Below, piece after piece: positions 49,011 through 62,277 of a DNA stretch of 64,000 nucleotides. A model generated the notes under the pieces. It saw only the letters and a list, made by a program, of their open reading frames with translations, was not told the DNA's origin and did no database searches. Source of the stretch: Marsupella aquatica. Taxonomy: Eukaryota; Plantae; Marchantiophyta. The position numbers and the translations under genes were made by a program. Every line of letters starts with the position of its first letter. Positions within the stretch are counted from its first letter, which is position 1. The stretch lies in assembly GCA_973895155.1 (NCBI GenBank), contig OZ316898.1, positions 9,039,079 to 9,103,078 of the forward strand, given 5' to 3'.

Positions 49011-51067
49011 TCATGGTCTTTCCCCCTTGTGCAATCTATCCACACGTCCTCTGAATTGCTCCTCTTGCTCTGCCGTGCGCTTTGCAGCTGCCTTCTCATC
49101 TAACACCTGTATTGGAAACCATTCTGGAAATTTCCAGGTTTCCCTTTCCACTACTGGTATCGTAGCCTTTACTACTGGCTTTTGTACCACTTCTGTACTG
49201 GTTCGCTCAAGAAACCGTTTTAGGCGATATTCTTTCAGTTTATTTGCGCCAAACTGTAGGCCTGTCCCAACTGCAGCGAATAGCAAGGCACAAGGGAGAG
49301 CTCTAGAAGGACCACCTGCTTGTTGTCAGCAATATTCCAATGGTGACTAGTTTAGACACGATCCTTGATTTCAAATGATGTACCTGGAAATCTTGCCTCA
49401 TCGTAACAAAAAAAACAGATATCTTTCACTAAGCCTGAACATCCAAAGCATGTCATTCTAGTCACTTTGCATGTGGAAATGTGATATTAAACTACAGCAC
49501 TTAAAGGAAAAACGTTATGATACTTGACGACATTTACGCTACTTTACTGACTGATGCGGCCAATATTAACAATTTGTCTAGGATACATCTTACTCTAAAG
49601 CCTGCAGGGATGTTCTTTCTTTAATTAGTTCATAAAAAGGGCTAATATTGGATAGTTACCTTGAATTCGACCCAGTAGACCACCACTAGCCAGGCCCCCA
49701 AGCACACAATTTTCCAGATCATCAGGACCTGAAGCTCGTATCTCTCGAACAAACTCCTGAGACCCTGAAGCACTCTTAATGTTAGAAAGACGGTTTATAA
49801 ATTTGTATGGATGTCTGCTCATTGATAATGAACTCAGTCGATGCCAATCGTCCTCTGCTCAAGTGGAACTCTATCGAGCGAAGTCCAGATCCACAAAGCA
49901 GAGACGAAAACATTGGGTTATGCAAAAAACGAGGTGACTGAACGCAGAAGCAGGAAAGCATACCGCAAAAGCATAGAGTAACAAGAGCACAATTGATGCC
50001 CATACTCCCCATCCATTTGGGAATATTGGAGCCCTTAAATGTTCCCACAACTAGTCCGCTTCCTGCACCGACAGCAGCTGCACTTTTCCCACCATAATCT
50101 CAGGTAAACTCAGTTGGAAAGTACCCGCCTTTGTTTCTTCTCTAATTTCTAGCCGAGGGATTGTCCGAGTCAAACCAGTCAGTTTACCTTGAATGGGATC
50201 AATTCTTTTGTTTGCCAATTTTAATGATAACATGTGTACATGCATTCTCTAGTTTGCTACACCACACATTATTCATTTCTAGCTCTGGTAGCAATTTCTG
50301 CTCCTGTCTGTCCGAAAATTCACTTCTCGTGTTTACTTCTCACTGTTACTGCATATGGCGGTACAGCATCCATACTTAGATGTTAAAACTTCAAGCGTTA
50401 CGTTTGAACGGCTGCACTCTGGGCAATTGTTCCCAACTCATATCAGTAATCCTTTCAATCGGGCCCCCACCGCAGACCAAGCCCATCTGCTGTAAGTCAC
50501 TCTAGAAATCCATGCTTCTCTCCCTGATCGGCGTCTAAGGGTGTAAGGCTGGACAGAGTTGTTGGAAAATTACTCAAAATTTCAATGACATTTGTAGCCA
50601 TCCTGGCTAAAGCGACGATTAAATTAGACAGAAGTGACAGATTTGTCAAAAATCCAAGTTTCCATAACCCCACAGAGCCCAGGTGTCCTAACTAGAATGT
50701 CCTAACTAGAAGTCAAACACTACAGCAAAGATCTCGTACAGTCGGAAACAAGCTAACCAGGCCCATGGAGTGCACCGACTAAACATGATTGCCCGTCGAT
50801 AGTTGCAGTGCTACGTAGTACTTTCCAACACTACTGCGGAGCCACAAGTGAGGAATCGAGAAAACAAAAGGAGGTACCTCCGCAGAGAGTTCGATAGCCA
50901 ATACGCGAAGCCCAGCCGTCGCCTCCTGTGTAATTCACGGGCCTCCTCCCGATGCCCACTGCCCTCGCCTGCCTGTCCGTTTCGCCACTATTGAAAGATG
51001 GAGAATAGCCGCTGTTAACACGGTTGGTTGCAGTAGGAGCCGAAGTAGAGGTGGTGGTAGAATCCAT
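49011..51067 (-). CDS. Tim17/Tim22/Tim23 (PRAT) family membrane protein. Exons 51067-50878, 50077-49964, 49764-49660, 49315-49011
   Basis: Spliced product has GxxxG helices (LCGAAVGAGSGLVVG; VLGGLASGGLLG), R...DD..N motif (EIRASGPDDLEN) and C-terminal PEWFPIQVLDE. Phases are consistent. Confidence 0.8.
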
Positions 51068-53463
51068 TGAGAAGAATCGGACTGCCAGAAATTACGCCCA
51101 GCTCACAGAAAGGCTAGGATGCCTCATTGCAGTGACCATTACACGATGGGGTAAACGAAATTCGATGGAAGCTGATAGAAAGAGGATCGACTTGAGGTTG
51201 GGTTTGTGAATTGGGGGACTCACTATTTGGGCTGCTCAGTTTTTCACGGGGACGGCGGTGGGGCCGTTTGGACCCTGAGGGTCGCCATTCCAGGGCTTCG
51301 GCAGCTTTAGGGTAAAAGTTTTGAGACGGCCCGAACCAGGCACTTGATTGCAGCGGAAGTTTTGAGAGGGTCTGGCGTTCACTGATATCGTTCAGTAGAG
51401 AGTGAAGTGGCCTAAATTCAAATTGACACTGCTATTGCAACTTCAAAGCAATCACGGATTCTCCATTGAATGTCATCGTGCTAACCGTGACCACAAGCTA
51501 TTCAATTAATAGTCTGCGGCCATGAACGTGTAGAGAGTGTACTTGCCCGCCCTGGCGATCTAAGACCTGATCACAAGCAGTTCATGTCAAGATAACGAGA
51601 AGATGATTGTCTTTCCAACATGAAGCGAAGTAAACAAAGTCAGAAACTAACAGCAAAAATTGAGTGAAGAAAACAAACAGATGCAAGGTTCAATAAACAA
51701 ACTGATGCAAGTAATTAAGCTGCAGAAACACGTTTGACACAATCATATGCGTGTCTTCACTCGTTGACCTGCATTGCATTGGGCTCAGCAAATCTCTAAA
51801 ATTCAGACAAGAAAAAAAGCGGGGCATGTGCAAATGATGTACCTCTCGGCCAGGTTTGGAAGGGAGATGGAGCTTCATTAATATCTTGACCAGTTCCACA
51901 TGGACCACATCTATTGCCTCGGTGAGCCCTTCGCCTCAGGCTCCTGCTCGTGTACCTCGACAAGCTCAATTTCTAAACTTAATGCCCTTCGTGCTTTTTC
52001 TCTTTGTAGTTTTGAGTGCATTCATGGAGAAGAATGCACTGTCAAGATTTCGATCGGCTCATTCTGAAATTTATGATCTAATTTTCCAAAAATTGCTAAA
52101 CATAAAAATCTATTAAGATATTGGAATGTATTAAAGTCCTATTAGCAGAGCATTATGGGCACTAGTAACACCTCAAAACTCCAAACCTGAAGCCCAGATG
52201 GACCTCCACATTGTCTGCAAAACTCGGAGTAACTTCCTTGGAACCTTGAAATTGACTCCGAGAACATTGTTTACACTTAGGACTCCAATGTAAACATAAA
52301 CAGTTTCCTTACCGTTTGTAGTTGCATTACATCACTGAACAGTTCTCCTTGGTAGCTTGACTACTTGACTACCTTGAACCTGAAAGATGTCAAAACATCA
52401 TGCCATTACTCAAGAACACCAGTTTCCACTTGATCCACATGACTGAAGCATCAGGTGAAATCATGATTTACAATATTTGACCATCTTTGTGTTCATCTAA
52501 AATGGAGCAAATGATCACAAAAAAGTCTCAAACTTTGTCAGGAAATAGACTGGTGATTAGAGACTATGCTCAAAAAAATGTTAGCTTGAACAAAGGTCCA
52601 GAAGTCTTTCACTATTATGAAACACTAGCCCACTGATTATGAAACTCTAGCCCACTTCGTGTGTGTAGTATAATATTGTCAATAGTTACTAATGTTGAGT
52701 GGAAGTGTTGTTGAGCATAAGTGACATGGCCAGATAGTTAGACTGTCTTGTGAAACTGAAGTGGAAGCTATGATGAACATGAAAGGTTTATGTGATGCTA
52801 GTATAAACACATAAAACCTTGCTGAACACAAATGAAACATTTTTATTTACTCACATAGTAACTTTTGCACTTCTATTCCAAAGATGCCATGTAAACATGC
52901 ACTTGACTGGCAATAGAAGGTTATAATGCATTCTTTGATATTCTGACCATGCATCTCCATCCTCATTCAACTAAGGACTTGGATTCCCTTGTACATAATC
53001 TCTTACACTTCCTTATCATGACACTATAAAGTTCTTGTGTGCATCCAAGTAGCAATGTTGAACCTCTATGTCCATCTGAGCTTCCACTTCTGTAAAAATA
53101 CATAGTAAAACATTTTATGAAAGAATGATTAATGTGACTGTAAAGGAGCCCTTCACATGTGTGGCTGGTATTTGGGTTTATCATGCTCTACCAATGAGTT
53201 TGTGTCTCTGGTCATGGGTCCTGACCATAAATCTACACTGGAGTCGAATTTCAAATTGGATTAGGAGAAACTTCTGGCCGAGTTGGCTGTTTGCTGGTAG
53301 TTCTCCGTAAACTGAACGTATACATATAGTAAGGTCCTGCTTACACTGCATTGTGGGACTCGATCCAGTTGTGATTTTTCTGTGATACTCAGGGTGACTT
53401 ATGGGAGGACAAAAAATGTGTGATTGATCCCTAGTCCATGACCGTAGGTCTAAATTAAACTCA

Positions 53464-53811
53464 CCCTGAGTAAAGACGATATTCATAACGGCAAGCCCAT
53501 GATCATCCAATGCACAATTAATAATTGACACCGAGAGATACATGGTTCACCTCAACTGAGACTAAGTCCATGTAAATACACGAGAGCTTTATTGTACTCT
53601 AGGCCCATCGACCATTCAAAGTATTTTCAATACAAGTTCTCTCTATCTCTCAACTAGCTCTGTAACAATGAGCCTGAGTTTCTCCTCCCCAAACAAACTC
53701 TGCTTTGGGATATATTGTGCAACATGACTAATCTAACTAAGTCCGCAACTAAGGTTAGCCTTAACTATGGTTATAGTCATAAATGTAGACTTAGTGAGTA
53801 AATGCCTAACA
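53464..53811 (+). mobile_element. Degenerate copy 4 of the 344-bp solo LTR
   Basis: acggcaagcccatga...gagagatacatggttcacc...ctatctctcaactagctc...cctaaca; 5' terminus and TSD eroded. Confidence 0.75.
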
Positions 53812-55289
53812 CCATGTGCCTAATACACCATGAGTTGAGTTGTTTATTATTTTACTATTAGTTTGCCATTTATGTAAACTGTGATTTACTAGATTGCCTT
53901 TTTTCTGACATAGTACATAGCTTGCCGCTGATTAATTCTTTCTACTTATGACAATGCCATTGCTTGTGTTTGTGTTGAGAAAACTAACTCGGGTCAGTCC
54001 AATAGTTGTCTTTGCACCGAGTTTCTCGATTGGATGGCCCAGGTTTCCTCAAGGGGACTTTGACCGCCCTTGGGTCAGTGAACGAGGAGTGGGACTAAGG
54101 TTGAGTGATCCTATCCTCCCATTGATCTTACGCCCAGCCTCTCTCTAAGGCTTTGTATCTGTGCGCAGCCTCTGCCTTTGTCTCGTTGAGGGCGGTCGAC
54201 TTGAGGGAGACTGGATCCTTCCAATCGCGGATGGGGTGCAATGAAAGCTGGATGTGAATGAGCTAACCTTGGTTAATTTTCTTAACCCATAAATGAAAAT
54301 AGGGACATGATGATTTATAGGAAAAAGTAAATGACAAGGTATCTATTATGCCCAAAGTGGCATTCTACTGTAGTATATCCCCAAACTCTAGTCTCTCGAT
54401 GCCATTAGGCTACATTTCTTTCAGAGATGGTGAAGTGAAAAGAAGTCCGACATGAATCAATGGACTTCTCTCGCTTGGTGAACTCGGTTTTAGGGCTGCG
54501 AAATTTTGAGGCCCGTCTTGAATCTTGACGCACGGGAGCTGTTTCTTCTGCCTGCGAATTTTTCGATTGAATTGGATTTGAACCGCCCTTCTCTACCGAC
54601 ATCGCTCAATGTCGCCATAGGCTCGGGTTCCAGGTACTGAAGCAGCAGAAGTCGAGAACGGAGGATAGCAATACGCATCCAACAGATGCATCAGGGATGT
54701 CAAGCACCGACTGGAGGAGCGGTGGACTACGTCGTTCAGAGAGTACAGAGCACAGACCAGTGAAGTGGAAGCAACTTACGTTTGAGTGTCTTGGCTGACG
54801 TTTTGTGTCGAGATTTGTGGTCAAGTTCCACTCGACGCCATCTGTGGTACCCTGTAAATCTAAGCCTCACTGGTTAAGTCAGTTTTCTGTTCTTTGTTTA
54901 TCGAAGCCACTTCATTCCTCAGCAATTGGGGCTTCGGGGAATGTTAATTCTGCTCCTCACTCGCCAGAGCACTTCAGTTTGTTCCCAATCGTCTAACATC
55001 TAGGGTTCAGAGCTGAGAGCCGCGAGGTATTTCAAATTGTTGGATTATTTAGGAAGGAAGATAGACAGGCCGTCATATCACGGACATGGATGGGAGACCT
55101 TTGAATTCTTTTGGGGATATGAGTCTTGCACCGGATAGTTAGGTGATAGAAATAGTTCGCTGATTGACCCGGAAATCGCAGCAGGGTCTTGCTGCATATC
55201 AGTGTATTTGAAGCCTACATTGCTGTATACATTGTTGTTGGCGTTAGGAGTGCTAAGTCTCCGACTGCGGTCTTGTACTTGCTGTAAAG

Positions 55290-55931
55290 ATGACGGAGTT
55301 TTGGGTCAGTCAAGGGAACAAGTGGTGTGACTTCTGCAAGATATATATATCAAACAATCCGACTAGCATACGTACGCACGAATTGGGGACGCGACATAAA
55401 GAAAATGTTACGAAGAAGCTCGCCGGCATCAAAAAAGATACTGCCGTCAAGGAGAAGGAGAAATTGCTGGCTTTGAAGGACATGGAGAAGATCGAAACAC
55501 AAGCAAAGAAAAGCTACGAAAGAGATCTGGCGGCTATGCGTAGCTTAGATTCTACTCCGAAAGTGCCAGTCTCTGATGCCAAAAAGAAAGGCTCTGTGAC
55601 CAGGGTACAAGAGGAATCCTCAAAAGCGGTTCCAGCTGCACGAAGGGGAATTGGACGTGAGCTTGCCGACCAGACAATTGTCCCAAATGCTAAGTCACAG
55701 GCTCTTAAAGGTCAAAACTCTGCAACTCAAAATGTATCTAGTGCCTATCAATATGGAAGATCTAGTAAGGGGATGGTGGCATCTTCATTAGAGGTCAGCA
55801 AGAGGAAGAGGGTAGAAAAACCGGGGTCAAATTCTAGTGAAGAAGCTGCTGCATTGGCTGCGAGAGAATCTGCGAAGAAGAGGATCAAGGAGAGGGAGGA
55901 AGCTTTGTTGGGTCTCTATCATTCATTCTGA
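55290..55931 (+). CDS. U1-C/matrin-type zinc finger protein, ZOP1/WBP4-like; intronless CDS with no OCRE domain
   Basis: MTEFWVSQGNKWCDFCK...H...H zinc finger, then coiled coil. ZOP1-like C-terminus EEAAALAARESAKKRIKERE..LLGLY. Confidence 0.85.
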   Translation: MTEFWVSQGNKWCDFCKIYISNNPTSIRTHELGTRHKENVTKKLAGIKKDTAVKEKEKLLALKDMEKIETQAKKSYERDLAAMRSLDSTPKVPVSDAKKKGSVTRVQEESSKAVPAARRGIGRELADQTIVPNAKSQALKGQNSATQNVSSAYQYGRSSKGMVASSLEVSKRKRVEKPGSNSSEEAAALAARESAKKRIKEREEALLGLYHSF

Positions 55932-58373
55932 GATACCGTGAGGCTAGGAAACGGCGGTTGTAACTATGACTCTGAAGGGTCACTAGAAAAACGTGTCGAA
56001 CGAGTGTAGATCTCTCTAATTCTTGAATTGTGCCTAGTCTCTTCATTCTCAGGCTAGAAGGTATTCTTCGATTGTAAAACCTGGGCCTTAGCAGATGCTT
56101 TGGATTGCTCTGATGTAAGCGACTCGAAATGGGATTCTGGAGGAGTGAAATATGAGCCTTCACAGTCCAAGCTGATTCTGGATGATTCTTTGAGGCTCTC
56201 GTTGGGTGACATTGCTTTTGGCAGGTACTATACTTCATGGGGGTCTATTGAATTCCTTACTCTGTGAAAAGTTTCCTGAAGAAGTGCAAATGGTCGTCGT
56301 TTGCTCGTTCTACAGAGCAAATGACCACATGAGCTCTTATCTCTGGCTCAACAAAAGTGGTTATGAAACTGAATCCGAGGTCTAGTCCCGAAGACATACG
56401 AACCACAAGGAAGAGAAAACTATAGAAGGCGCCACGAGGGTACCCAAAACGGTTTCAGCAGATCGATTCACTCCATTGGTGGTTGTTGCATAAATTGCCC
56501 AGATGAAAGTTGATTGAGGAAATTGGGGTCCACAATTCAGGTACCCTATGGCCTTGGATAGAAGATTGAGGGGAGCTCCAGGAGGGAAACTCAACAAAAT
56601 AGAGTTTTCAAATTGGGACATGCACCCCCCGTCCACCTATTCCATGGACAGTTTTGGAGGTGGTCAACGGAAGTAGTAGTGGTCCTGCAGAAATATCTTT
56701 TCAACTAGAAGTAAACAAGAGATCTTCCCGTCACTCCTTTGGTTGGTGTCCTTGTGTGTGAGCCAAAGACTGTCCTTAGCCAAAAACGATGCTCCGATGG
56801 CTCGAGACTGGATGCGATCTTTAGTCTGCAGGTGACATTGTCTATGAATAAACGGCAAGTGCATTCAAGGGTATAGGAATTCTTCGAGAAAGTTGTGTTT
56901 GGAAATCAACCCTGTTCCAGTCTGAAATTGTCATGCGCTGTCCGTCTTAAGATCATTTTGGATGCACTCAGTTCCAAAATTTGTAAGTCAGTAGTTCACA
57001 GACTTCAGTTTTTGGTCAGAAATCATACTCGGCCACTAAAAATCCAGTTATACACTCGGGCTCATTGGCTTCACAGACTTCGGAAATTCGTTGTCCAGTG
57101 CTGACAGGTGGACTTCCCATTACATTCGGTAATCAATTCTTGTTACTGGTTTCTGCAAGAGATGTGTCCGTCATGTTTTTCTTGCAGTTTTCTTGTCAAC
57201 GGGTTTGGAATACGTCATAAGTATGTAATGAAATCTAGGTACATTCTAACAAGTGAATACCTAGTGGCCTTGCTATAATTATGTCACCATTGAATTAGTC
57301 ACTACTCTGCTCCAGATACCTAATCAAGCTGTGCATCGCCCAATGATTATGAAGTAGAAGTCGCTCCAAGGCTTTGATAGCCCATGGATTATATTGAGGA
57401 GACGTTGATGCCTTCGAGCACGAAATCCCAGGTCCTTAACCTTAGTTGATCTCTTCCGGGTGGCTAGCGACTTAACTTTGAGCTCTTGAATTACCACTTC
57501 AAATTTCTAACGAACTAAGATTTGGAACAATGTCCTCAAGTAGCATTGTGTACACAAGTAACGTTGTAAACAAACTTGTCGCACAGAACCATTTGTTGGC
57601 ATTATTGTACTGATCTGAAATCTTGTCAGGGTGCACAGAGAATAATGAAAGCCTGAAGCATTTTTGGAACATCCCTATACAAAATTTTGTTGACTCGTGA
57701 TTCATATCTCAGTGACCAAAACAGAGGAAGAAAATATGGCCATTTTTTGGCTAGCTACGAACATCGAAGTTGTCAGCCCGTGCTAGCCAAAGAGGGATAA
57801 CAGTCCAATTATTCTTCTCACGCAGTCGAGTGCCGACGAGATGCTGATTTGAGAGGAAAGTCTCCTGGCCGTCCATTGCGAAATTTGGCGGCTCAGATTT
57901 ACTAAAAGAGAATGTTCGAGAGTCTTGCTCTTCCTACTTACAGTGCAACTTCTCCACAGACCCTGTTCTTACCGTTCACTCCCGACGGCGGAGAAACTCC
58001 TCAGGGAACAAGGTGATGCAGGTGCTATGTTTTGGAAGATCTTGAATGAGGTGCACAGCTTGGGGATTCGGAGGAGCCGAGACCAGCCGAGACAGATTTT
58101 TCTATTTTGTCAACATAGTACCTGTCGCGTTGCATGACTGCTGTCCCGGTCTTGATTTGCCCAACGTGTGCTGATTTCAGCGACATCGTCTTCACTTTTA
58201 GAATTCGTTGTGATGATTAGAGAAGTTCACTCTTTGACATTGGATTACAATCCTTCGTATGCGAACCGCGACTAAGAGCTACATAAGCTTGCAAACGCAA
58301 GAATTGATCCCCTCGCTCCTGAAGCGAAGCTCTTGTAAGTTCGTGGACTGATTCATGATCTGTGAGCTTTATC

Positions 58374-61300
58374 ATGATGGCCAAGAGACGGCTGAGACCT
58401 GCTGCGTGGCGGTTGGGTCTTTCCTTGGGTGAGTTGGTAACGTGCTTCTTGTTGTAGAACTCTTTGGCCCACAGCTTTTGATTCCGAATATTTCAGTGTA
58501 CATTCAATTTTGATATTCTTGAACTAAGCATGAGTAAGCCTAAACCCTAAACCCCGACAAGCAGACGAAGCAATTTCTGAGGTGGTACGCGGTATTGACT
58601 TAATGTAACAGGTTCAGAATGGTACCAAAGGACTCTAGCCTCTTGGACGAGAGAACTTCGACCAACTGCACCTCTTTCATTATCGGGTAAGAAGGTAGTG
58701 CTTAGATTTTTCGCGTGTACTCTGTGGTCCAAGTGATTCATGTTTCTCAAGGTGGTCAACATGTGAGAACATATCATTTGTTGGTGACACACAATAAGCA
58801 ACTGTTGTTCTTTCGTCCTCTGTTGTCCTGATGATGACAGACCAGAGACGGACTGTAGAGGAACGTTGGCGGGAGTTTTTCTCAGATCCGTCACAGTGGA
58901 CGGATCACAGATTGGAGAAGGTAATTTCGTTACGATTGCTATGAAAATGGAAATAATTGGCTGTCTCAGTTCTTGCCCCGTGGAGAGTGTGCCATGGTTT
59001 TCTTTTTTCGTACTACCCTAATAGCACTACCCTTGACAGTCCTTCCTGAACCGGGCAGGGAGGAATGTGGGCTGATTAGCTGGGGTGGGATTTCTCTACG
59101 TAGGCAAATTTCAGATATCCGGACTTCAAAAACAGAAGGACTGGGGACGTTCTTTGGCTCAATGGAAAATTCAATCCCCCATGGGTGGAGGCACAGCTGG
59201 CTGCAATGTTACCGGGGTCTGTTAAGTTAACCATTTTTTCATGGAACGGAAGGCTCATAAAATATGTGAAAGCGGGGCAGTATGAGGAGGCAATAGAACT
59301 CTTTTCCCAAATGGAACAACTCGCATTGAATCTCGACAAGTTCAGTTTCATTCCTGCGATCAATGCATGCGCCAACTCACGCAACCTGGATGAGGGTAGG
59401 CGCATCCATGAGCAGATCGTACGTAGTGGGTTTGATTCCGACACAGATGTACGCACCAGCCTCATTGGCATGTATGCAAAGTGTGGTTGGATTGGGGATG
59501 CTCTCAGAATATTCAACAGCATGCCCACTCGCAGTGTGTTCGCTTGGAATGTGTTGATCCACGGATACGTGAAATGTGGGGAGGGGCAGTTGGCCTTGGC
59601 ATTATTTCTACAGCTTCAACGAGAAGGGGTGGAACCGAATCATTTCACGTTCACAGCGCTCCTGAATGCATGCGCCAGTGTGGGGGCTCTAGAGGAAGGT
59701 AAGCGACTGCATGAGCATGTGATTGCAAATGGTTATGCGTCTAATATCTTCATAGGGAGTAACCTCGTCAATATGTACGCGAAATGCGGGAGCATCAAGG
59801 ATGCTTGGGCAGTGTTTGAGCACATGCCCTCACGCGACGTAGTTGCTTGGACAGCAATGATCCAGGGGTATCTGCAATGTGGGCAGGCGGAGAAGGCAAT
59901 GGAACTATGTCGACGAATGCAGAGAGAACAGGTGGAGCCAGATGCCTTGACTTTCGTGAGGTTTCTCAATGCGTGCGCTAGTGTGGGAGACCTTGAAGAA
60001 GGCAGAAAAGTTCATGAACAGGCTTTTCGAAAAGGATTTGGATCCAATATCTTTTTGAGCAGTAGCCTGGTTGACATGTATGTCAAATGCGGGAGCATTG
60101 AAGAAGCTCGGGTAGTGTTGGAGAAGATATCTAGGTGCAACGTGGTTGCTTGGAACGCCGTGATTCAAGGATTCGTGAAATGTGAACAGGGGCAAAAGGC
60201 ATTGGAATTATTCGGTGAAATGAAACATAAATGTGTGGAGCCTAATTCTGTCACATTTGTGGGGTTGGTCAAGGCATGTACTAGTATGCAAGCCCTGGAG
60301 GAAGGCCGGAGTATCCACAAAGAGATCATTCAGAGAGGTTTTGAGTCGGATGTTATTGTGAGTAGCAGTCTCGTCGACATGTATGCCAAGTGTGGAAGTA
60401 TAGAAGATGCTTGGAGTGTGTTTGACAAGATGCCTGAACGCAATGTGGTGTCTTGGAGTACCATGATCCAGGGATTCGTAAACTGTGGTCAAGGGCGGAA
60501 GGCATTGGACCTCTACAATCAAATGCAATGCGAGGGCGTGGAACCGAATAATGTGACCCTTGTGGGGTTGCTGAATGCTTGTGCTAGTATACGTGCCCTT
60601 GAAGAAGGTAGGCGAGTTCATGATCTGATCACCGAAAGGGCTTGGGACTGTGATGCCTTTTTGGCGAGTAGCCTTATTGACATGTACGCTAAATGTGGGA
60701 GCTTAGATGATGCTTGTAGGGTTTTCAAGGAGATTCGAACTCGTGATGCTGTAGTCTGGAATTCTCTGATTCACGGATTTTTGAAATGTGAGGAAGACCT
60801 CAAGGCTTTGGAATTATTTCGTCAAATGCGACAGGAAGGGTTAGAGCCAAACTCTGTTACCTTTGTGGCAATTCTCAAAGCATGTGCAAGTCTCCGTGCA
60901 TTGGACGTAGGGATGGAGATTCATGAGCAGATTATTTACCTGGGTATGGACTCCGATGTATTTCTGGGAAACGGCCTTATTGACATGTATGCTAAATGTG
61001 GGAGAATAGATAATGCCTGGAGAGTGTTCAAGAAGATGCCCACACGGAGTGTGGTCTCCTGGAACACTTTGATTCAGGGATATGTAAAATGTGGTCAGGG
61101 CCACATGGCATTAGAAACATATGAGCAGATGCAGCGGGATGGGGCAGAGCCAGACTCCGTGACCTTTGTTGGGATGCTTAATGCATGTGCCAGCGTAGCA
61201 GCACTTGAACAAGGGAAGACTCTTCATGAACAAATATTGCGAAAAGGTTTAGAGGATGATATCTTTGTGGCCAATAGTCTCATTGACATGTATGCCAAAT

Positions 61301-62277
61301 GTGGGAATATAGAAGATGCTTCCATTGTGTTCAATAAAATGTGCACACGCAATCTGGTCTCTTGGAATGTCATGCTTGGAGGCCTCTCCATGCATGGGCA
61401 TGCTATTGATGCTCTTGCACATTTCGAACGAATGTGTTTAGAACGGGTAGAGATGGATAAGGTCACATTTGTCTCTCTCATTGGAGCTTGTAGCCATGCA
61501 GGCCTAGTAGATGAAGGTCTACATTACTTTTATTCCATGAGTTCAGTTTACGGTATTCCTGCAGCGACGGAAAACTATGCTGGCATAGTTGATCTTCTTA
61601 GCCGTGCTGGTCGTTTGCATGAGGCTGAGGACATGATTCGGACCATGGCCTGCGACCCACTTGTCACTGTTTGGATGTCCTTGCTTGGTGCTTGCAGAGT
61701 TCATGGTAATATAGAGATGGGTGAACGCACCGCAGAAGTGGTTCTGGAGATGGATTCTACGAATATAGCAGGCTATGTCTTGCTATCAAACATCTATGCT
61801 GCTGCTGGCAAGTGGGACAGCATGGCTAAGGTTCAACAGCGGAGATTGGAAAGAGGCGTGATCAAGCATCCTGGACGAACCTGGATTGAAGTAAATAACA
61901 AGTTACATTCATTTACCGTAGGTGATAAGGAGCATCCTCAAATACTGGAAATTCATTCAGAACTGGAACGATTGAGTGAAGAATTGACGGAGGAAGGTTA
62001 TGTTCCAGATATGAGATATGTTCTACATGATGTTGAGGAAGAAGAAAAGTTGTCTCATTTGTGTCATCACAGTGAGAAGCTGGCCATCGCATTTGGGCTC
62101 ATTAGCACACCTCCCGGTACTCCTCTCCGCATTATGAAAAATCTTCGGGTTTGTGGCGATTGTCATACTGCCACAAAATTCATTTCAAAGATAGTTCAGC
62201 GAACCATCATTGTACGGGATGCAACCCGGTTTCATCACTTTACGGATGGCCACTGCTCGTGTAGGGATTATTGGTGA
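58374..62277 (+). CDS. PLS-class PPR-E1-E2-DYW RNA-editing factor with N-terminal transit peptide and OSB-type PDF motif. Exons 58374-58428, 58612-58686, 58841-58920, 59104-62277 (~1127 aa)
   Basis: 7 PLS triplets + P2L2S2. PG box (KHPGRTWIE), [14 protein letters not shown], terminal DYW. Upstream exons have GT-AG ends and matching phases (1,1,0). Confidence 0.9.

Noticed and set aside
58973-59230. 85-aa ORF that might suggest a frameshifted PPR N-terminus
   Set aside because: It starts in intron 3 and overlaps the last exon out of frame; the spliced model explains the N-terminus without a frameshift.
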